Position numbers and translations under genes: made by a program. Positions 1-9,708 of a DNA stretch of 34,055 nt are shown one piece after another (within the stretch, counting starts at the first letter, position 1; the number at the start of each line of letters is the position of its first letter). The stretch is from a virus (lineage: Duplodnaviria > Caudoviricetes): IMG/VR virus record IMGVR_UViG_3300010222_000011, positions 1-34,055 of that record. One strand, given 5' to 3'. The notes under the pieces were generated by a model, which saw only the letters and a list, made by a program, of their open reading frames with translations, was not told where the DNA came from and ran no database searches.

Positions 1-55
1 AGCTTGTGCCGGAGCCGTTTCCGAATTCTTGGGCGGTGGTGCCGCCGTCAAAAAC
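1..55. repeat. Terminal direct repeat, left copy (circular assembly overlap)
   Basis: Bases 1-55 are identical to 34001-34055, and an ORF reads through the junction. Confidence 0.97.
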
Positions 56-193
56 ATCGCTGACGTATGTATGGTTGTCGGGGTCGAAAGTATAGTTTGT
101 GGAGTTGTTTCCTAGTGCGACTTTAAGTGTGTCGTTGTTGAAGTCGATGCCGGCTTCCAGTAAAAGTTTTTTCAAATTGTTCGGCGCTGCCAT
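1..193 (-). CDS. 5' part of a 159-aa origin-spanning virion structural protein, join(193..1,34000..33714); not in the ORF track
   Basis: ATG at 193 gives MAAPNNLKKLLLEAGIDFNNDTLKVALG... and continues in frame across the junction to ...FPFTTNGSNIEIVWSNEGILSIG*. It resembles a widespread phage fibre-associated family (GIDxxxDTLKVAL...TNGxNIxIxW). A TATA-like TTTAAATA lies about 25 nt upstream. Confidence 0.85.
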   Translation of the reverse strand, partial: MAAPNNLKKLLLEAGIDFNNDTLKVALGNNSTNYTFDPDNHTYVSDVFDGGTTAQEFGNGSGTS

Positions 194-271
194 AACACAG
201 TTTTGTTGATTCCTTATTTAAAACATCTTTAAAGCTGTAATCATGAGAAAAACATGAGATAATCATCAGAT

Positions 272-1534
272 CTACCAGTCCTGTTCGGTTACTAAGTTGA
301 ATTTGGCGTCGCCTCCGCCAATCGAGGATTTCGCCATAACCACGACCACATCACCGGGTAAAATGTTTCTCTTGACCTCTCCCGATTTTTTGATGGCGCC
401 TGAGCTGTAGTCATCGCCTACCGGATTCAGAGAAACATACGACAGGATGTGACCGCCGAACTCGAAACCTGTAGTACTAGGATTTATTTGTGTACCGGAT
501 TCGTTCGGTACCTCGCTGACGTTTTCCGTATCCTGTAGACAACTGTTCTGTGCGCTATGCAGCTCCGGTACACCAAAGTTACTGGCGTCGGTCTTGCTTG
601 GGTCGAAACTGATGGCTGTTAACTGTAAGGCAGCGTCTTTAGAATAATTAATTACCTGTAAGTTGGCCAGTCTAGTGTTGACTGCGGAGTCTTCGGGTCG
701 TATCCGCATGGCGTAGATCGGATGCCAGACATCGTTCGCCGTAGGCAGAGTCACGGTTTTCTCTACGGGTTTTGATCGTAACAGGCTTTCGGTCTGTGCC
801 TGTGTCAACATCGACATGCTGCCAGCCTCAAACTCTAATCCGCTGGTTGAGCTGCTGGCTTCTACTTCTTGGTAAGCCCGTAAGTTGGCTCGTGCCGGAC
901 CTGACGTACCTGTCTCCGTACTGGTCGTGGCAATGTCTTCATTAGTCTGCTCATTGCCGTTTGAAAAGGTTTGAACCCAGCGCTGCTCCCCGACATTATA
1001 CCAGTTGTAGTAACACGTCACTGTCGTCTTCTTCGTCAAGGGAGCGCCTAACTCTACATCGGCTTCCAACGTGGTTTCTACACCGTTCCTGAGTTGTTTA
1101 ATATCGGCCTGTGTATCCGTGTGGTCCGATCCTCTCTGCTCCAGGAACCATCCATTGCTCTCGGTTCTAGGTCCTACACGGACCACGTCACCATTGTTCA
1201 GGGACTGGCTTAACCGGAAAGCCATTGAGGCTCGCATCTCCGTACCGACAATATAAGTACAGGGCTCAGCCGATTGTAAACGCATTTTATCACCACCGGC
1301 GGGTTGTAAAACCCAGCGATCATCGTCATCTAGGAATTTGCTGACGTTTTCGTACTGGACAAACTGTCGGTTCTCGTTCAGGAAAAGCCGTAGTCTCTCC
1401 GGAGAAAACTTGTACTGAGAAGCAATGTCTAAATCGTTTTTAACGCCTTGTGCAATCACTCTGTCGAAGGCGTCGCTGCTGCTCTGCATCAAAGCGTTTT
1501 GCTCTTTAATCGGTTCTGAAGGTGAAAAAGTCAT
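272..1534 (-). CDS. Putative virion/adhesin-associated protein, 420 aa, beta-rich
   Basis: Long acidic ORF in the structural block, downstream of the LamG genes; no motif recognised. Confidence 0.6.
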   Translation of the reverse strand: MTFSPSEPIKEQNALMQSSSDAFDRVIAQGVKNDLDIASQYKFSPERLRLFLNENRQFVQYENVSKFLDDDDRWVLQPAGGDKMRLQSAEPCTYIVGTEMRASMAFRLSQSLNNGDVVRVGPRTESNGWFLEQRGSDHTDTQADIKQLRNGVETTLEADVELGAPLTKKTTVTCYYNWYNVGEQRWVQTFSNGNEQTNEDIATTSTETGTSGPARANLRAYQEVEASSSTSGLEFEAGSMSMLTQAQTESLLRSKPVEKTVTLPTANDVWHPIYAMRIRPEDSAVNTRLANLQVINYSKDAALQLTAISFDPSKTDASNFGVPELHSAQNSCLQDTENVSEVPNESGTQINPSTTGFEFGGHILSYVSLNPVGDDYSSGAIKKSGEVKRNILPGDVVVVMAKSSIGGGDAKFNLVTEQDW

Positions 1535-1558
1535 ACTATAATTTCGTTGTCCTCTTGT

Positions 1559-2197
1559 TTATACGTATCTGTGTTTTTCTATCCGTGTTTGATAAAGCCT
1601 GTTAACTTCGTCTTCTGTCATCGCCTTCCTGTAGATCTTGGCTTCGCTCAGCGATCCCTGAAAAGCCTGTGCCTCAGAAGGCCTCGAGCCGATCCGCATC
1701 GTATTACTGTTATCGACATCAGAGGGCGTAATACTTCGACTGTCTTTGACCTCGCCACCGTTCAAATAAACACTGATCGTGTCTTGGCTTCGGACGGCTA
1801 CGTAGTGATGCCACTCCCCAAAACTGGTTAGCTCCGGTGCAACTTCGTCGCCCTCGCTGAAATGCCGTATACGCCAAGCACCGTTCGCCTCCTTCAAACC
1901 ACAAATAATACCTTTACCGCCGTAGTTCGACAAGAAGGTTGGAAAGTTCGAGGTCTGGCTTTCGTCAGCGTTAAACCATACCTCAGCCGTATAACTATCA
2001 GTCCCAAGATCGACTACCCAGCCCGTATCAATATTCGAGTTTTTCCCGCTGAAGTCCACGGATTTACCGATTGGTCCAGAATCATCGATCGGGAAACTAC
2101 CTGAACTAGGTTCACCGTGTCTATCGTAAGCAGACTTGTCTCTGTAACTGTCGTCGTTCAAAGTCCACCAACCTTCGACTTTCTCGTTTAGACTCAT
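1559..2197 (-). CDS. LamG/concanavalin A-like domain protein, 212 aa
   Basis: WxL..D.S start, YTAEVWF, EWHHYVAVR..ISVYLNG, RIGS..FQGSLSEAKIYRKAMTEDEV. Confidence 0.9.
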   Translation of the reverse strand: MSLNEKVEGWWTLNDDSYRDKSAYDRHGEPSSGSFPIDDSGPIGKSVDFSGKNSNIDTGWVVDLGTDSYTAEVWFNADESQTSNFPTFLSNYGGKGIICGLKEANGAWRIRHFSEGDEVAPELTSFGEWHHYVAVRSQDTISVYLNGGEVKDSRSITPSDVDNSNTMRIGSRPSEAQAFQGSLSEAKIYRKAMTEDEVNRLYQTRIEKHRYV

Positions 2198-3567
2198 ACC
2201 TTGTACCTCTTTACGGGTTCGGTAACATTCGCCAGCTTTTCAACTTCCGCATCCGAAAGACTTCGGCTCAAGATTCTTATATCATCTAAGCGTCCTGTAA
2301 AGATTTTTCCGCCGTTCTGGTCCTGCCAGCAACCGATGCCGAGGACTTCTTCCTCTTTACCGCCGTAATCAATGCTAGTGTACTGAGTGTTTTCCCCGAC
2401 TTGGGCTCCGTCTACGTAAAGCGTGACTCGTTCCCCGGCTTCGACTGTAACCAGTACGTGATGCCATTGTTGATCGCTGAGGTCTCCGCCCATGATTTCA
2501 TAAGTAGAGCCGGATTGACTGTTCCAGATAAAACGAGCACCATTATTCAAAGTGTCTAAGCGGTAGCCGTCTCCGTTCCCCACAGAAGTGCTATGATTGC
2601 TTATTAAGCCGACGTAGTCCTCGATGTTTCCGGTATCTGCTTTCACCCAAGCCGCCAGTGTCAAGTCCTGAGTGTTAGGCATCGGCGGCGTCACCAAGGC
2701 TTTACTGCTAGAACCGCCGTTATCCACGCATTGAATCGCTTGATTAATCTTCCCCTCCACTAAATCCGGTTGAGTAAGTGTGCCGCTGTCAATATCTCGA
2801 CCGTTCAATGATAGGTCTTTGAACGGTTTGCTGTCCTGCAGCTTCACGTCTACGTTGTCGAAACTGTAATGCGCCTCCAAACCGGTAAGTGCCTCACTGG
2901 CTTTCAAGGCATGTGTTCTATCACTCCTGATTTTGTAAAGTTGGTTGATTTCTTCGTTTGAGAGTCTTCTATCGTAGATACGTATGTCGTCCAGTCTTCC
3001 TTCTAGGTAGGCTTCTTGATCGCCAAAGCTTCCGGCGAACGTTTTCACGCCTCCGAAATCAGTTATATCACCGCTGACACTCCTTGAATCCTTCAACTCG
3101 CCGTCAAAGAATATCTGTATCTTCCCGTTCCCGAATCTAGCGGTAACATGTGTCCACACACTTTCGGGAAGCGGATCGGTATTGTATTCGTTGTCCGAGT
3201 CGCATTCAACGTAGAACCCGAACTCATCTTTTGTAGTCTGCAAACCGAAGACATCGTTGTTTCCGTTCGTATAATTACCGATAAGGCTGTCGACGGAGCT
3301 GTTTGTGTCGTGGCCGTTCGTTGTTCCCGGTTGAAGATTACTGGGTCTACACCATAGAGAAACAGTGAAACTTTCTTTGCCCGTAAAATCATAGTTCATC
3401 TCTAGGCTAGAATCCGTGCCGTTAAAGCCGTAAGCACCGTTGATCTTGCCGTTTTCGCCGGTTGTGACGCCGCCGTTCTTCGTGGCATGCCTATCATACG
3501 CACTGCTGTCGTAAGGAGTATCCTTGTCTAGTTTCCAGTGACCGACCAACTGTTTCTGCAGACTCAT
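2194..3567 (-). CDS. Tandem two-domain LamG/concanavalin A-like protein, 457 aa
   Basis: Two LamG units: FTVSLW...WTHVTA..IFFDG..GRLDDIRIYDRRLS and LTLAAWV...WHHVLVT..LYVDG..GRLDDIRILSRSLS. Confidence 0.92.
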   Translation of the reverse strand: MSLQKQLVGHWKLDKDTPYDSSAYDRHATKNGGVTTGENGKINGAYGFNGTDSSLEMNYDFTGKESFTVSLWCRPSNLQPGTTNGHDTNSSVDSLIGNYTNGNNDVFGLQTTKDEFGFYVECDSDNEYNTDPLPESVWTHVTARFGNGKIQIFFDGELKDSRSVSGDITDFGGVKTFAGSFGDQEAYLEGRLDDIRIYDRRLSNEEINQLYKIRSDRTHALKASEALTGLEAHYSFDNVDVKLQDSKPFKDLSLNGRDIDSGTLTQPDLVEGKINQAIQCVDNGGSSSKALVTPPMPNTQDLTLAAWVKADTGNIEDYVGLISNHSTSVGNGDGYRLDTLNNGARFIWNSQSGSTYEIMGGDLSDQQWHHVLVTVEAGERVTLYVDGAQVGENTQYTSIDYGGKEEEVLGIGCWQDQNGGKIFTGRLDDIRILSRSLSDAEVEKLANVTEPVKRYKV

Positions 3568-3579
3568 AGGCTAAGACAC

Positions 3580-5094
3580 CTACCATACGCCCCAGTCATC
3601 GTTAAGAGAGTTGTAAACCAAAGTCACGGCTTCATTATCACTCGCCAACGTAATGCTTGAAGAGTCGTCGATGGTTTGTCCGCCCTCCGTATCAATAGTG
3701 ACATCAAAAGTGCCGTTCCTCTTCACATTGATCTCCTTACCATGCTTGGCATCGCTATTCGATAACGTAACGGTTCTCAGGCCGCCACTACTGTCGACGG
3801 AAAGATAGGCTTCGCCATCCGTAACGACATCACCGTTTTCATTATGTAAATTGTTTACTGGTCGGATACCGGCGTTCTGCGTCCCGCCGCTTCCATCCGC
3901 TTCGGCATAAAGCTGGAACACTTTCGTACTATCCAACGCTAACGTATAACCAACTTGATCGCCCGCTGAGAGGCCGTCCGTAACACCCATATCAACTAAC
4001 TGGGAATACGAGTCTTCCGGTGCCTCGATCGTACCCGCCTCCAAGCCCTGATAAAACCTAGGGGTTTCGCCTTCCGGAAACTCCGCTACGTCGACATTGT
4101 TTTCTTGGTCTCTAATCAGGAACGGAGAACCAGTCTCTAACTGGTCATCTGTATTCGCTTTCAGGAACTTGATGTCCGTACTGTTCGAAGAATCACGGCC
4201 TCTAATCCAAGCATTATTAGCCAGACGTAACACGCCTTGGTTCGCATCATTTACGCCGCCTAAACCGCCGATCACGTTACCGTTCAAATTAATGTTTGAA
4301 TTACTTCCAACGCTTCTGAAATCGTCGTTCGAGTCGAAACGCCATTTCTCCTGCCCGCCATGCGACACTCCGATACGACCTGTATTAGGCCGGAAAAAAC
4401 CGGTGTTAGTATCTGTTGTGAAACTGTAACTGGGGTCGGACTCGGTGCCGTGCTGCAGCTTCAACTGTCCGTTCACAATCTCCACAGAAGCGTTTGCATT
4501 GACTTTAAAAGCTTCCTCAATTGTGTCTGTCCCGTTCTTCACTAAGACACCGAAGTGATCACCGCTTGAGTTTGCATCGATCTGTACATAAAAGTCTCGG
4601 TTCTCCGGAGCTACAAGCCTCCCGCCCGGTCTACCCGTAGCCGGGTTGTCACCGTCGTTACCTATCATTCTAGTAAAGTTGCCGCCGTCACCGCTGACTG
4701 TTAAACCGGTTCCCCCTATGTTGACGGAGCCGTCGCTGCTAGCCGCGTTACCGATTTCTAGGTCGCCGTTCAAGACCTCGACGCCGCCGCCCTCACTAAG
4801 CTCTAAAAGCTTGTCGTCGCCGTTGGCTGCATCCAAGAAAGTGATAGAAGAGCTGCCGTCGCCTTTTGTCTTCAAAACATTGAGATTCCGGATCTCATTA
4901 CCCAGCAAATTGAAGAAAGGTGTCGGATTATCACCATCCAACTCAAACTGCAGATTCTGGTTATCATCCTCGACTTGGATATTGTCAACGATCTGTGTCT
5001 CAGACTCAACAGTATTACTCGTAACAAGAGAACCGTTTACAACCACATCATCGAACTCTACATCACTGTTCTCAAAAGCATAATTAATTGTCAT
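3580..5094 (-). CDS. Fibre/spike-like structural protein, about 504 aa (likely start MTINY at 5094)
   Basis: G/N/D/S-rich beta repeats, the phage fibre motif PSYSFTTDTNTGFFRP, and a C-terminal TVTL..G...VKR..VTI..TID..L...VTLVY domain typical of fibre tips. Confidence 0.7.
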   Translation of the reverse strand: MTINYAFENSDVEFDDVVVNGSLVTSNTVESETQIVDNIQVEDDNQNLQFELDGDNPTPFFNLLGNEIRNLNVLKTKGDGSSSITFLDAANGDDKLLELSEGGGVEVLNGDLEIGNAASSDGSVNIGGTGLTVSGDGGNFTRMIGNDGDNPATGRPGGRLVAPENRDFYVQIDANSSGDHFGVLVKNGTDTIEEAFKVNANASVEIVNGQLKLQHGTESDPSYSFTTDTNTGFFRPNTGRIGVSHGGQEKWRFDSNDDFRSVGSNSNINLNGNVIGGLGGVNDANQGVLRLANNAWIRGRDSSNSTDIKFLKANTDDQLETGSPFLIRDQENNVDVAEFPEGETPRFYQGLEAGTIEAPEDSYSQLVDMGVTDGLSAGDQVGYTLALDSTKVFQLYAEADGSGGTQNAGIRPVNNLHNENGDVVTDGEAYLSVDSSGGLRTVTLSNSDAKHGKEINVKRNGTFDVTIDTEGGQTIDDSSSITLASDNEAVTLVYNSLNDDWGVW

Positions 5095-5392
5095 CCGTTG
5101 CACCACCCAAGACAACGTCAGCCGTATCATTCACCGTAGACGTGTTCTTGATCCGGGTGCGGAACGCCTCCGGTGCAACCATTCCATCATCCACACTGTT
5201 CACACCGCTGTACGCCTCTATATCATACCAGTTACTGCTGTCCTCAGGCTGGATCTGCACCTTGTAATCCGTGGATCCACTGGCTTCTATCTGCCAGCCA
5301 ATCTCCAAAAGTGTATCCGTATTAATCTCCACGATTGTGCCTGTAGTGGAAAGGTCGTAACCTGTTACTTCTGTACTTGTCTTCAAAGCCAT
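5084..5392 (-). CDS. Small beta-rich structural protein, 102 aa (possible capsid decoration)
   Basis: Acidic ORF translationally coupled to its neighbours just downstream of the MCP. Confidence 0.6.
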   Translation of the reverse strand: MALKTSTEVTGYDLSTTGTIVEINTDTLLEIGWQIEASGSTDYKVQIQPEDSSNWYDIEAYSGVNSVDDGMVAPEAFRTRIKNTSTVNDTADVVLGGATDDN

Positions 5393-5509
5393 TTAATTAT
5401 CATCCTCTTTCTCTTGGTTTATTTCGTCTTTCAACTCTTGGATTTCTTCTTTTTTGTTTTGGTTGACTGGTTGGGGTTTCCCGTTCTCAGTCTTCAGTTT
5501 CCGCGCCAT
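5393..5509 (-). CDS. 38-aa microprotein MARKLKTENG...EKEDDN
   Basis: The C-terminal part of track ORF 5393..5665 has genome-typical composition. ATG at 5509 follows GAGGAAG, and the stop abuts the next ATG. Confidence 0.45.
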   Translation of the reverse strand: MARKLKTENGKPQPVNQNKKEEIQELKDEINQEKEDDN

Positions 5510-5969
5510 CTTCCTCATTTTCTTCAGTACTTTCATCCTGGTTTTCAACCTCACCATCATCGTCTTCTTCTTCTTGGTTTTCTTTGTTGTGGTCATCCTT
5601 CTCAACGCTACCTTCTCCGTCTTCCTGATCTCCGTGTTCTCTGACTTCTTGTATTCTTTCATCAACGGCTTCCTTACCGGTCTTACGATCCTCCAATTCC
5701 CTTAATTCTTTTAACCGGTCAACGTCTTCAATGTCCCGGACATACTCTTGTACTTCGTCAACGGTTTTATCACTAAGCACGTGATCGGGTTCCTCATCAT
5801 CATTTATTTCGAAGAAATCAGAATAGTTTTCAAGAAGTGCCTCTTTCTCTGCTTTATTATCTACTTCTACAGTACCGTTTTCATCTAGTTCAAGGTTTTT
5901 GACTCTGCCATCGTACTGGACAGATATTTGTGACGCTGCCTCGTTGGGTTGTTCGTGCTGAAGTTTCAT
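5487..5969 (-). CDS. Capsid-adjacent acidic protein, 160 aa, with a small helical module (TVDEV...ELEDRKTGKEAV)
   Basis: Follows the MCP; helical RKT motif like those in post-MCP proteins of haloviruses; acidic low-complexity tail. Confidence 0.7.
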   Translation of the reverse strand: MKLQHEQPNEAASQISVQYDGRVKNLELDENGTVEVDNKAEKEALLENYSDFFEINDDEEPDHVLSDKTVDEVQEYVRDIEDVDRLKELRELEDRKTGKEAVDERIQEVREHGDQEDGEGSVEKDDHNKENQEEEDDDGEVENQDESTEENEEDGAETED

Positions 5970-6019
5970 TTCGTTCTTTATGTTTTAGTATTTGGTTAAT
6001 GCTTTATTTAAAAAGAACT

Positions 6020-6072
6020 CAAAAAAAAAAGAGAAAAGAAGAAATGGGAGAAAACGGATTCCCCCGGGGAAC
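6020..6072 (-). terminator. Terminator after the MCP
   Basis: Minus strand: short TTCCC/GGGAA hairpin, then a pyrimidine tract ending in a run of 10 or more T. Confidence 0.7.
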
Positions 6073-6073
6073 G

Positions 6074-7321
6074 TTAGAGGGTTGCACCGTAATCTTTGAG
6101 ATGTCTGACAAAATTCCCTTCCGATTTCTCAATCAAGGCGCCGAACTCTGCCAGTGCCATGTCTTCTGATAATCCGTCTTTGCTGAGCGGGACCATGGAC
6201 ATAGGCATCAAGGATCTGAACCGTGCGGTTCTTGTCGACATAACAAATACATCCGTTTTAGATCCGGCGTTGTATGTTGTGCCGTTTCCTTGGTCTGTGT
6301 AACTGTCAACGTTGTGATCTGTTAGGACCGGTGCCTCAGCAATATTCAACTGCTGCAAACCGACATCTACTGTACTGGTTTCAGGGTCGGTTGTAACGTT
6401 GTCGAAGTCTGCTTCGTTCTCCAGTTTGTCGTAGAACGATCCACTGGTCACAACTACAATGTTTGCAGGGTTCACGTTCTCTTCATCGATCAGTTGCCGG
6501 ACCTCCGTCTTAATATCTTTCACAAAACCACTGGATACACCACTTTTGTCTACGTCGTTACCCTGGCTGGCTGCGTACTGCGCTAATCCTTGGAAGCCTT
6601 CGGCGTCACCGATGAATCCTGTCTGGGTGTCCTGGCTTGGATCACCGTAAAGAATTTGCTGGGCCTTCCTCTGTGTATGCTCAGCAACTCTCTCACCTAA
6701 AGTGGTATCTTCTAGGTTCATGTAATGCGCTGCCGCTTCCTGTGAAAAGTCTGAGATGGCTAAGCGGTCGGCGAAGATTGTCATATCGACCTCGGACTTA
6801 CTGAAAGTAATATCGCTTTCAGTATTGTTTTTGAGGTCGACTGCATCGCTTTCGGAAACGTATCCTATCGGATCATCCCGGTCACTGACAACGTTGTAAA
6901 CAGCTTTGTATCCTTCCTGTCCTTCCTCATCGATCAGGTTGACTAATTCGCTGTTCTGTTTCTCAATGCTGACAATTTCAGGGTCAAACACCAGCGGTGT
7001 ATAAGCCTGGGTGGCTCCTGCGTCCATTGTCTTCGAATCCATTTCTTCTCCGTTCTGAAGCTTTTGGATATGCTTAACAGCACGTCCTTCAAAGTCCTCT
7101 ACGTCGAATTCGTCGCTGTTTTTGATTTTTCTCCTTGATTTTTCTGTAAGTTCTCCGTCCCGGTTAACTTCTACAAGTCTTTTGATTGGAGGGGTTCTTT
7201 CTTTCCCGCCGTCTGTGTAGCCGGCAGGCCATCCCTGGTCCTCCCATGCTTTTTCAAAGACTTGTTTTGCTGAACCGGATCGTCTACCGATTTTTTGTAG
7301 TGTAAGCGTGTTAGTTGTCAT
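6074..7321 (-). CDS. Major capsid protein (HK97 fold), 415 aa
   Basis: Follows the prohead protease. Size and motifs fit (TPLVFDPEIV, ILYGD..GFQGL, EFGALI), and a strong terminator follows. Confidence 0.88.
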   Translation of the reverse strand: MTTNTLTLQKIGRRSGSAKQVFEKAWEDQGWPAGYTDGGKERTPPIKRLVEVNRDGELTEKSRRKIKNSDEFDVEDFEGRAVKHIQKLQNGEEMDSKTMDAGATQAYTPLVFDPEIVSIEKQNSELVNLIDEEGQEGYKAVYNVVSDRDDPIGYVSESDAVDLKNNTESDITFSKSEVDMTIFADRLAISDFSQEAAAHYMNLEDTTLGERVAEHTQRKAQQILYGDPSQDTQTGFIGDAEGFQGLAQYAASQGNDVDKSGVSSGFVKDIKTEVRQLIDEENVNPANIVVVTSGSFYDKLENEADFDNVTTDPETSTVDVGLQQLNIAEAPVLTDHNVDSYTDQGNGTTYNAGSKTDVFVMSTRTARFRSLMPMSMVPLSKDGLSEDMALAEFGALIEKSEGNFVRHLKDYGATL

Positions 7322-7347
7322 TGGTTGGTTGTTTTCACCATATAGTA

Positions 7348-9021
7348 TTAGTTTTGAAGTGTTTCCCTGACCTTGAACGGGTCACTGCTCTCTTGTTCTT
7401 GGTTTTCCTTGCTTTCTTCGTTGTCTTCATTGTTGTTGATTGTAGTCATTGTCCGGCCACTATCATCACTGTTAACTGTTTTTTCATCCTCACTTAGACC
7501 GGATCCTTCGTTTTCTTGTTTTTCCGATTCAGCGGACCCACCATCTTTCTCTCCTTCATCGTTGCCGGGGTCTCCGTTTTGATCGGAACCTTCACCATTG
7601 TTTGTTTCCTCTGGTTCTCCAGCATCTTGCTGTTCGTCTTCATTGTGTTCACTGTCTTCATCCATATCACTATCTTCTTCATCGCCGTCTTGTTCCATAC
7701 TGGCTAATTCTTCCTGGATGTCTTCTAATGCAGCGGTCATATGATCGTTGACTGCAGTCCCGACAACACTGGTAACCTGTTCGACCTGTTCCTCATCAAG
7801 TTGTTTTATCTCGGATTTTGAATCATTGTTTTGTTCTTGACCATCAGAATCGTTTTTATCGGTCATAGTATCATTTAAAGCAGTTCTAACGTTATCTACA
7901 ATCTCGTTTTTGTCGAAACCGGCTTCCATCATTTGTTTGGCTGCAATTGCCGTGGTCTGACTAGCGGCTTGGTTCATTGCGTTCGGCATTGCATCAGGAT
8001 TACTTGGAATACCTACAGCAGATACCTCCATTAGATCAAGGTCGCTGATCTGTTCGCCTTCACCTGATTCCATCGGTTCAGTATCTCTAGGAATAAAACC
8101 TATGCTGAAACCAACCGGCATATTTTGATCTAAAAGATTGACAAGTTCCTTACCCATAGGATGTAATTCATCAGCATCTACCTCGGTTTGCCCTCTTCTA
8201 AGAGTTACTTCTCCCACGGTTGTTTCATTCATCATTTCTCCGTCATCAAATCTCCCGAAAATATCTCTGAAGTCGTACATGGCTTCGCCTTCTCCAACGC
8301 CGTGATTCGGGAACAAAGGTACTGTACCGGACTCTAGTTGTTTTATAGTCCTGTTCTGCCCGTTTTCATCCAAGAAGTCGCCGTCTCTATCCTGACTAAG
8401 TGCCTGGACCGGTACCTGCAGTTTGGTCTCACCGTTATCTTTGCTGATGACTTCAACATCTTTCCCAGAAACATTCACTCTCTTTATTTTATCCTGATTG
8501 TTACGGGCCATTTCTATACGTTCCTGCATACTTAGTTCCTTGTCTTTGCCTTTGCTTCTTTCTGCTGCCGCCGGTCTATCCGCAGAACTTAGAGAGTCTT
8601 CAAACTTGACAACATTGTTGGTATATTCGCCGTCCTCGCCCTCGGTTTCATCCCACTCCACCATTTTGTATAGTGGGCCGTCACCTTCCTCTATCGTAAA
8701 TGTGTTGCCGCCAGCGCTCATAGAGTCGCCGACCTCGGTTTTCCTATCTATTACCTCGCCTTGACTGGTTCCATCTGCGAACTCCCATTCAACGAAATCA
8801 CCTGTACTGTAACGTGGGTTCTCCAAACTATCCGTATTACTTGGCTCACTGTTCCCGGACTCCAGTTTAGAAAGACAAATCGCTATAGCCTGTTCCTGAT
8901 CTTTACCGTTCTCCAGTTCTTTCCCTATGCAGTCTGCGACTTCGTCCTCAGTAATATCTTTATCGGCTATTAGTTGTTTTTGTTCTTCGGAAAACTTGAG
9001 ATCCGGCTGTGTTGAAGGCAT
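7348..9021 (-). CDS. HK97-type prohead protease with N-terminal extra domains and acidic scaffold-like C-terminus, 557 aa
   Basis: DRDGD, LFPNHG, GFSIGF and LMEVSAVGIPSNPDA motifs; N-terminal QAIAIC module and a Tudor-like GDFVEW..GTSQGEV domain. Confidence 0.92.
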   Translation of the reverse strand: MPSTQPDLKFSEEQKQLIADKDITEDEVADCIGKELENGKDQEQAIAICLSKLESGNSEPSNTDSLENPRYSTGDFVEWEFADGTSQGEVIDRKTEVGDSMSAGGNTFTIEEGDGPLYKMVEWDETEGEDGEYTNNVVKFEDSLSSADRPAAAERSKGKDKELSMQERIEMARNNQDKIKRVNVSGKDVEVISKDNGETKLQVPVQALSQDRDGDFLDENGQNRTIKQLESGTVPLFPNHGVGEGEAMYDFRDIFGRFDDGEMMNETTVGEVTLRRGQTEVDADELHPMGKELVNLLDQNMPVGFSIGFIPRDTEPMESGEGEQISDLDLMEVSAVGIPSNPDAMPNAMNQAASQTTAIAAKQMMEAGFDKNEIVDNVRTALNDTMTDKNDSDGQEQNNDSKSEIKQLDEEQVEQVTSVVGTAVNDHMTAALEDIQEELASMEQDGDEEDSDMDEDSEHNEDEQQDAGEPEETNNGEGSDQNGDPGNDEGEKDGGSAESEKQENEGSGLSEDEKTVNSDDSGRTMTTINNNEDNEESKENQEQESSDPFKVRETLQN

Positions 9022-9060
9022 ACAACTGTATAATTAAAGCCTTTTTAAAATTACAGTGTA

Positions 9061-9106
9061 GAAAACCGGGGTAAAAAAGCAGAGAAAAAATTGAGAAGAG
9101 GGTTTT
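9061..9106 (-). terminator. U-rich terminator of the inserted cassette
   Basis: Several T5-T6 runs on the minus strand directly after the GIY-YIG stop. Confidence 0.5.
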
Positions 9107-9568
9107 TTAAACGCTTAGTTCTGCGGTTTTCTCCGCCTCCCTGATTTTCTGTCTGATACGGTTTCTCTTGTTTGAAGCAGTTCCGTACCCTATATTCATT
9201 TCATCGGCCGCTTCTTGGACTGTGTACCCGAGTTTTTCTGTTAAAATATAGACTTTGGCTTCTTTTTTCGCTAATCTAGTATTTTCTTCTAATTCTTTAA
9301 TACTGTTTTCATCAAAATTATCTACATCCTGTTTTTCCTTCAAATATTCTTCTCTATTTAATTCAGGAGAATATTTCTTTATCAGCTCTTTTTCTCTTTG
9401 TTTTCTAGTACTAGCATTCTTGATCATTTCAGTCTTTACATCTACAGTATCTCTTGCAGTTATAATATGCTGTCTTAAACGCCTCTTAACGTTCTCAGAG
9501 CTCCCGATATAGATAATTTCTTCATCTTCTATAATCTTATAGATGCCTGCCTTATTTGGAAAACTCAC
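9107..9568 (-). CDS. GIY-YIG nuclease domain fused to a C-terminal HTH, 153 aa
   Basis: GIYKI..IYIGSS..VKRRLRQH..E...IKKYSPELN, followed by the HTH TVQEAADEMNIGYGTASN. Confidence 0.88.
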   Translation of the reverse strand: MSFPNKAGIYKIIEDEEIIYIGSSENVKRRLRQHIITARDTVDVKTEMIKNASTRKQREKELIKKYSPELNREEYLKEKQDVDNFDENSIKELEENTRLAKKEAKVYILTEKLGYTVQEAADEMNIGYGTASNKRNRIRQKIREAEKTAELSV

Positions 9569-9705
9569 TCTTTATCTTCCTCTATTTCATCAAGTACCGC
9601 AATCTCCAGTTTTTTACCGGCAAACTTTTTGGATGGGAGAGAGATTCGGCCGCTTGAATCGGCCTTTCTCTCATAGAGCTGCTCCTTCCGAATCTCAGCT
9701 TTCAT
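9565..9705 (-). CDS. 46-aa AbrB/SpoVT-like (DUF2080-like) microprotein
   Basis: MKAEIRKEQLYERKADSSGRISLPSKKFAGKKLEIAVLDEIEEDKE; GGTGAGGAG RBS; stop overlaps the next GTG. Confidence 0.75.
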   Translation of the reverse strand: MKAEIRKEQLYERKADSSGRISLPSKKFAGKKLEIAVLDEIEEDKE

Positions 9706-9708
9706 TTT

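Noticed and set aside
1-55. 55-bp terminal repeat as biological genome termini
   Set aside because: The length matches a common assembler k-mer and it falls mid-gene. It indicates circular assembly only.
1559-3567. Diversity-generating retroelement acting on the LamG genes
   Set aside because: No reverse transcriptase and no near-identical TR/VR pair. The similarity is ordinary paralogy.
5393-5665. 90-aa Lys/Met-rich ORF, and likewise 7494..7682
   Set aside because: Alternate-frame reading of acidic low-complexity codons. Only the last 38 aa of the first are kept.
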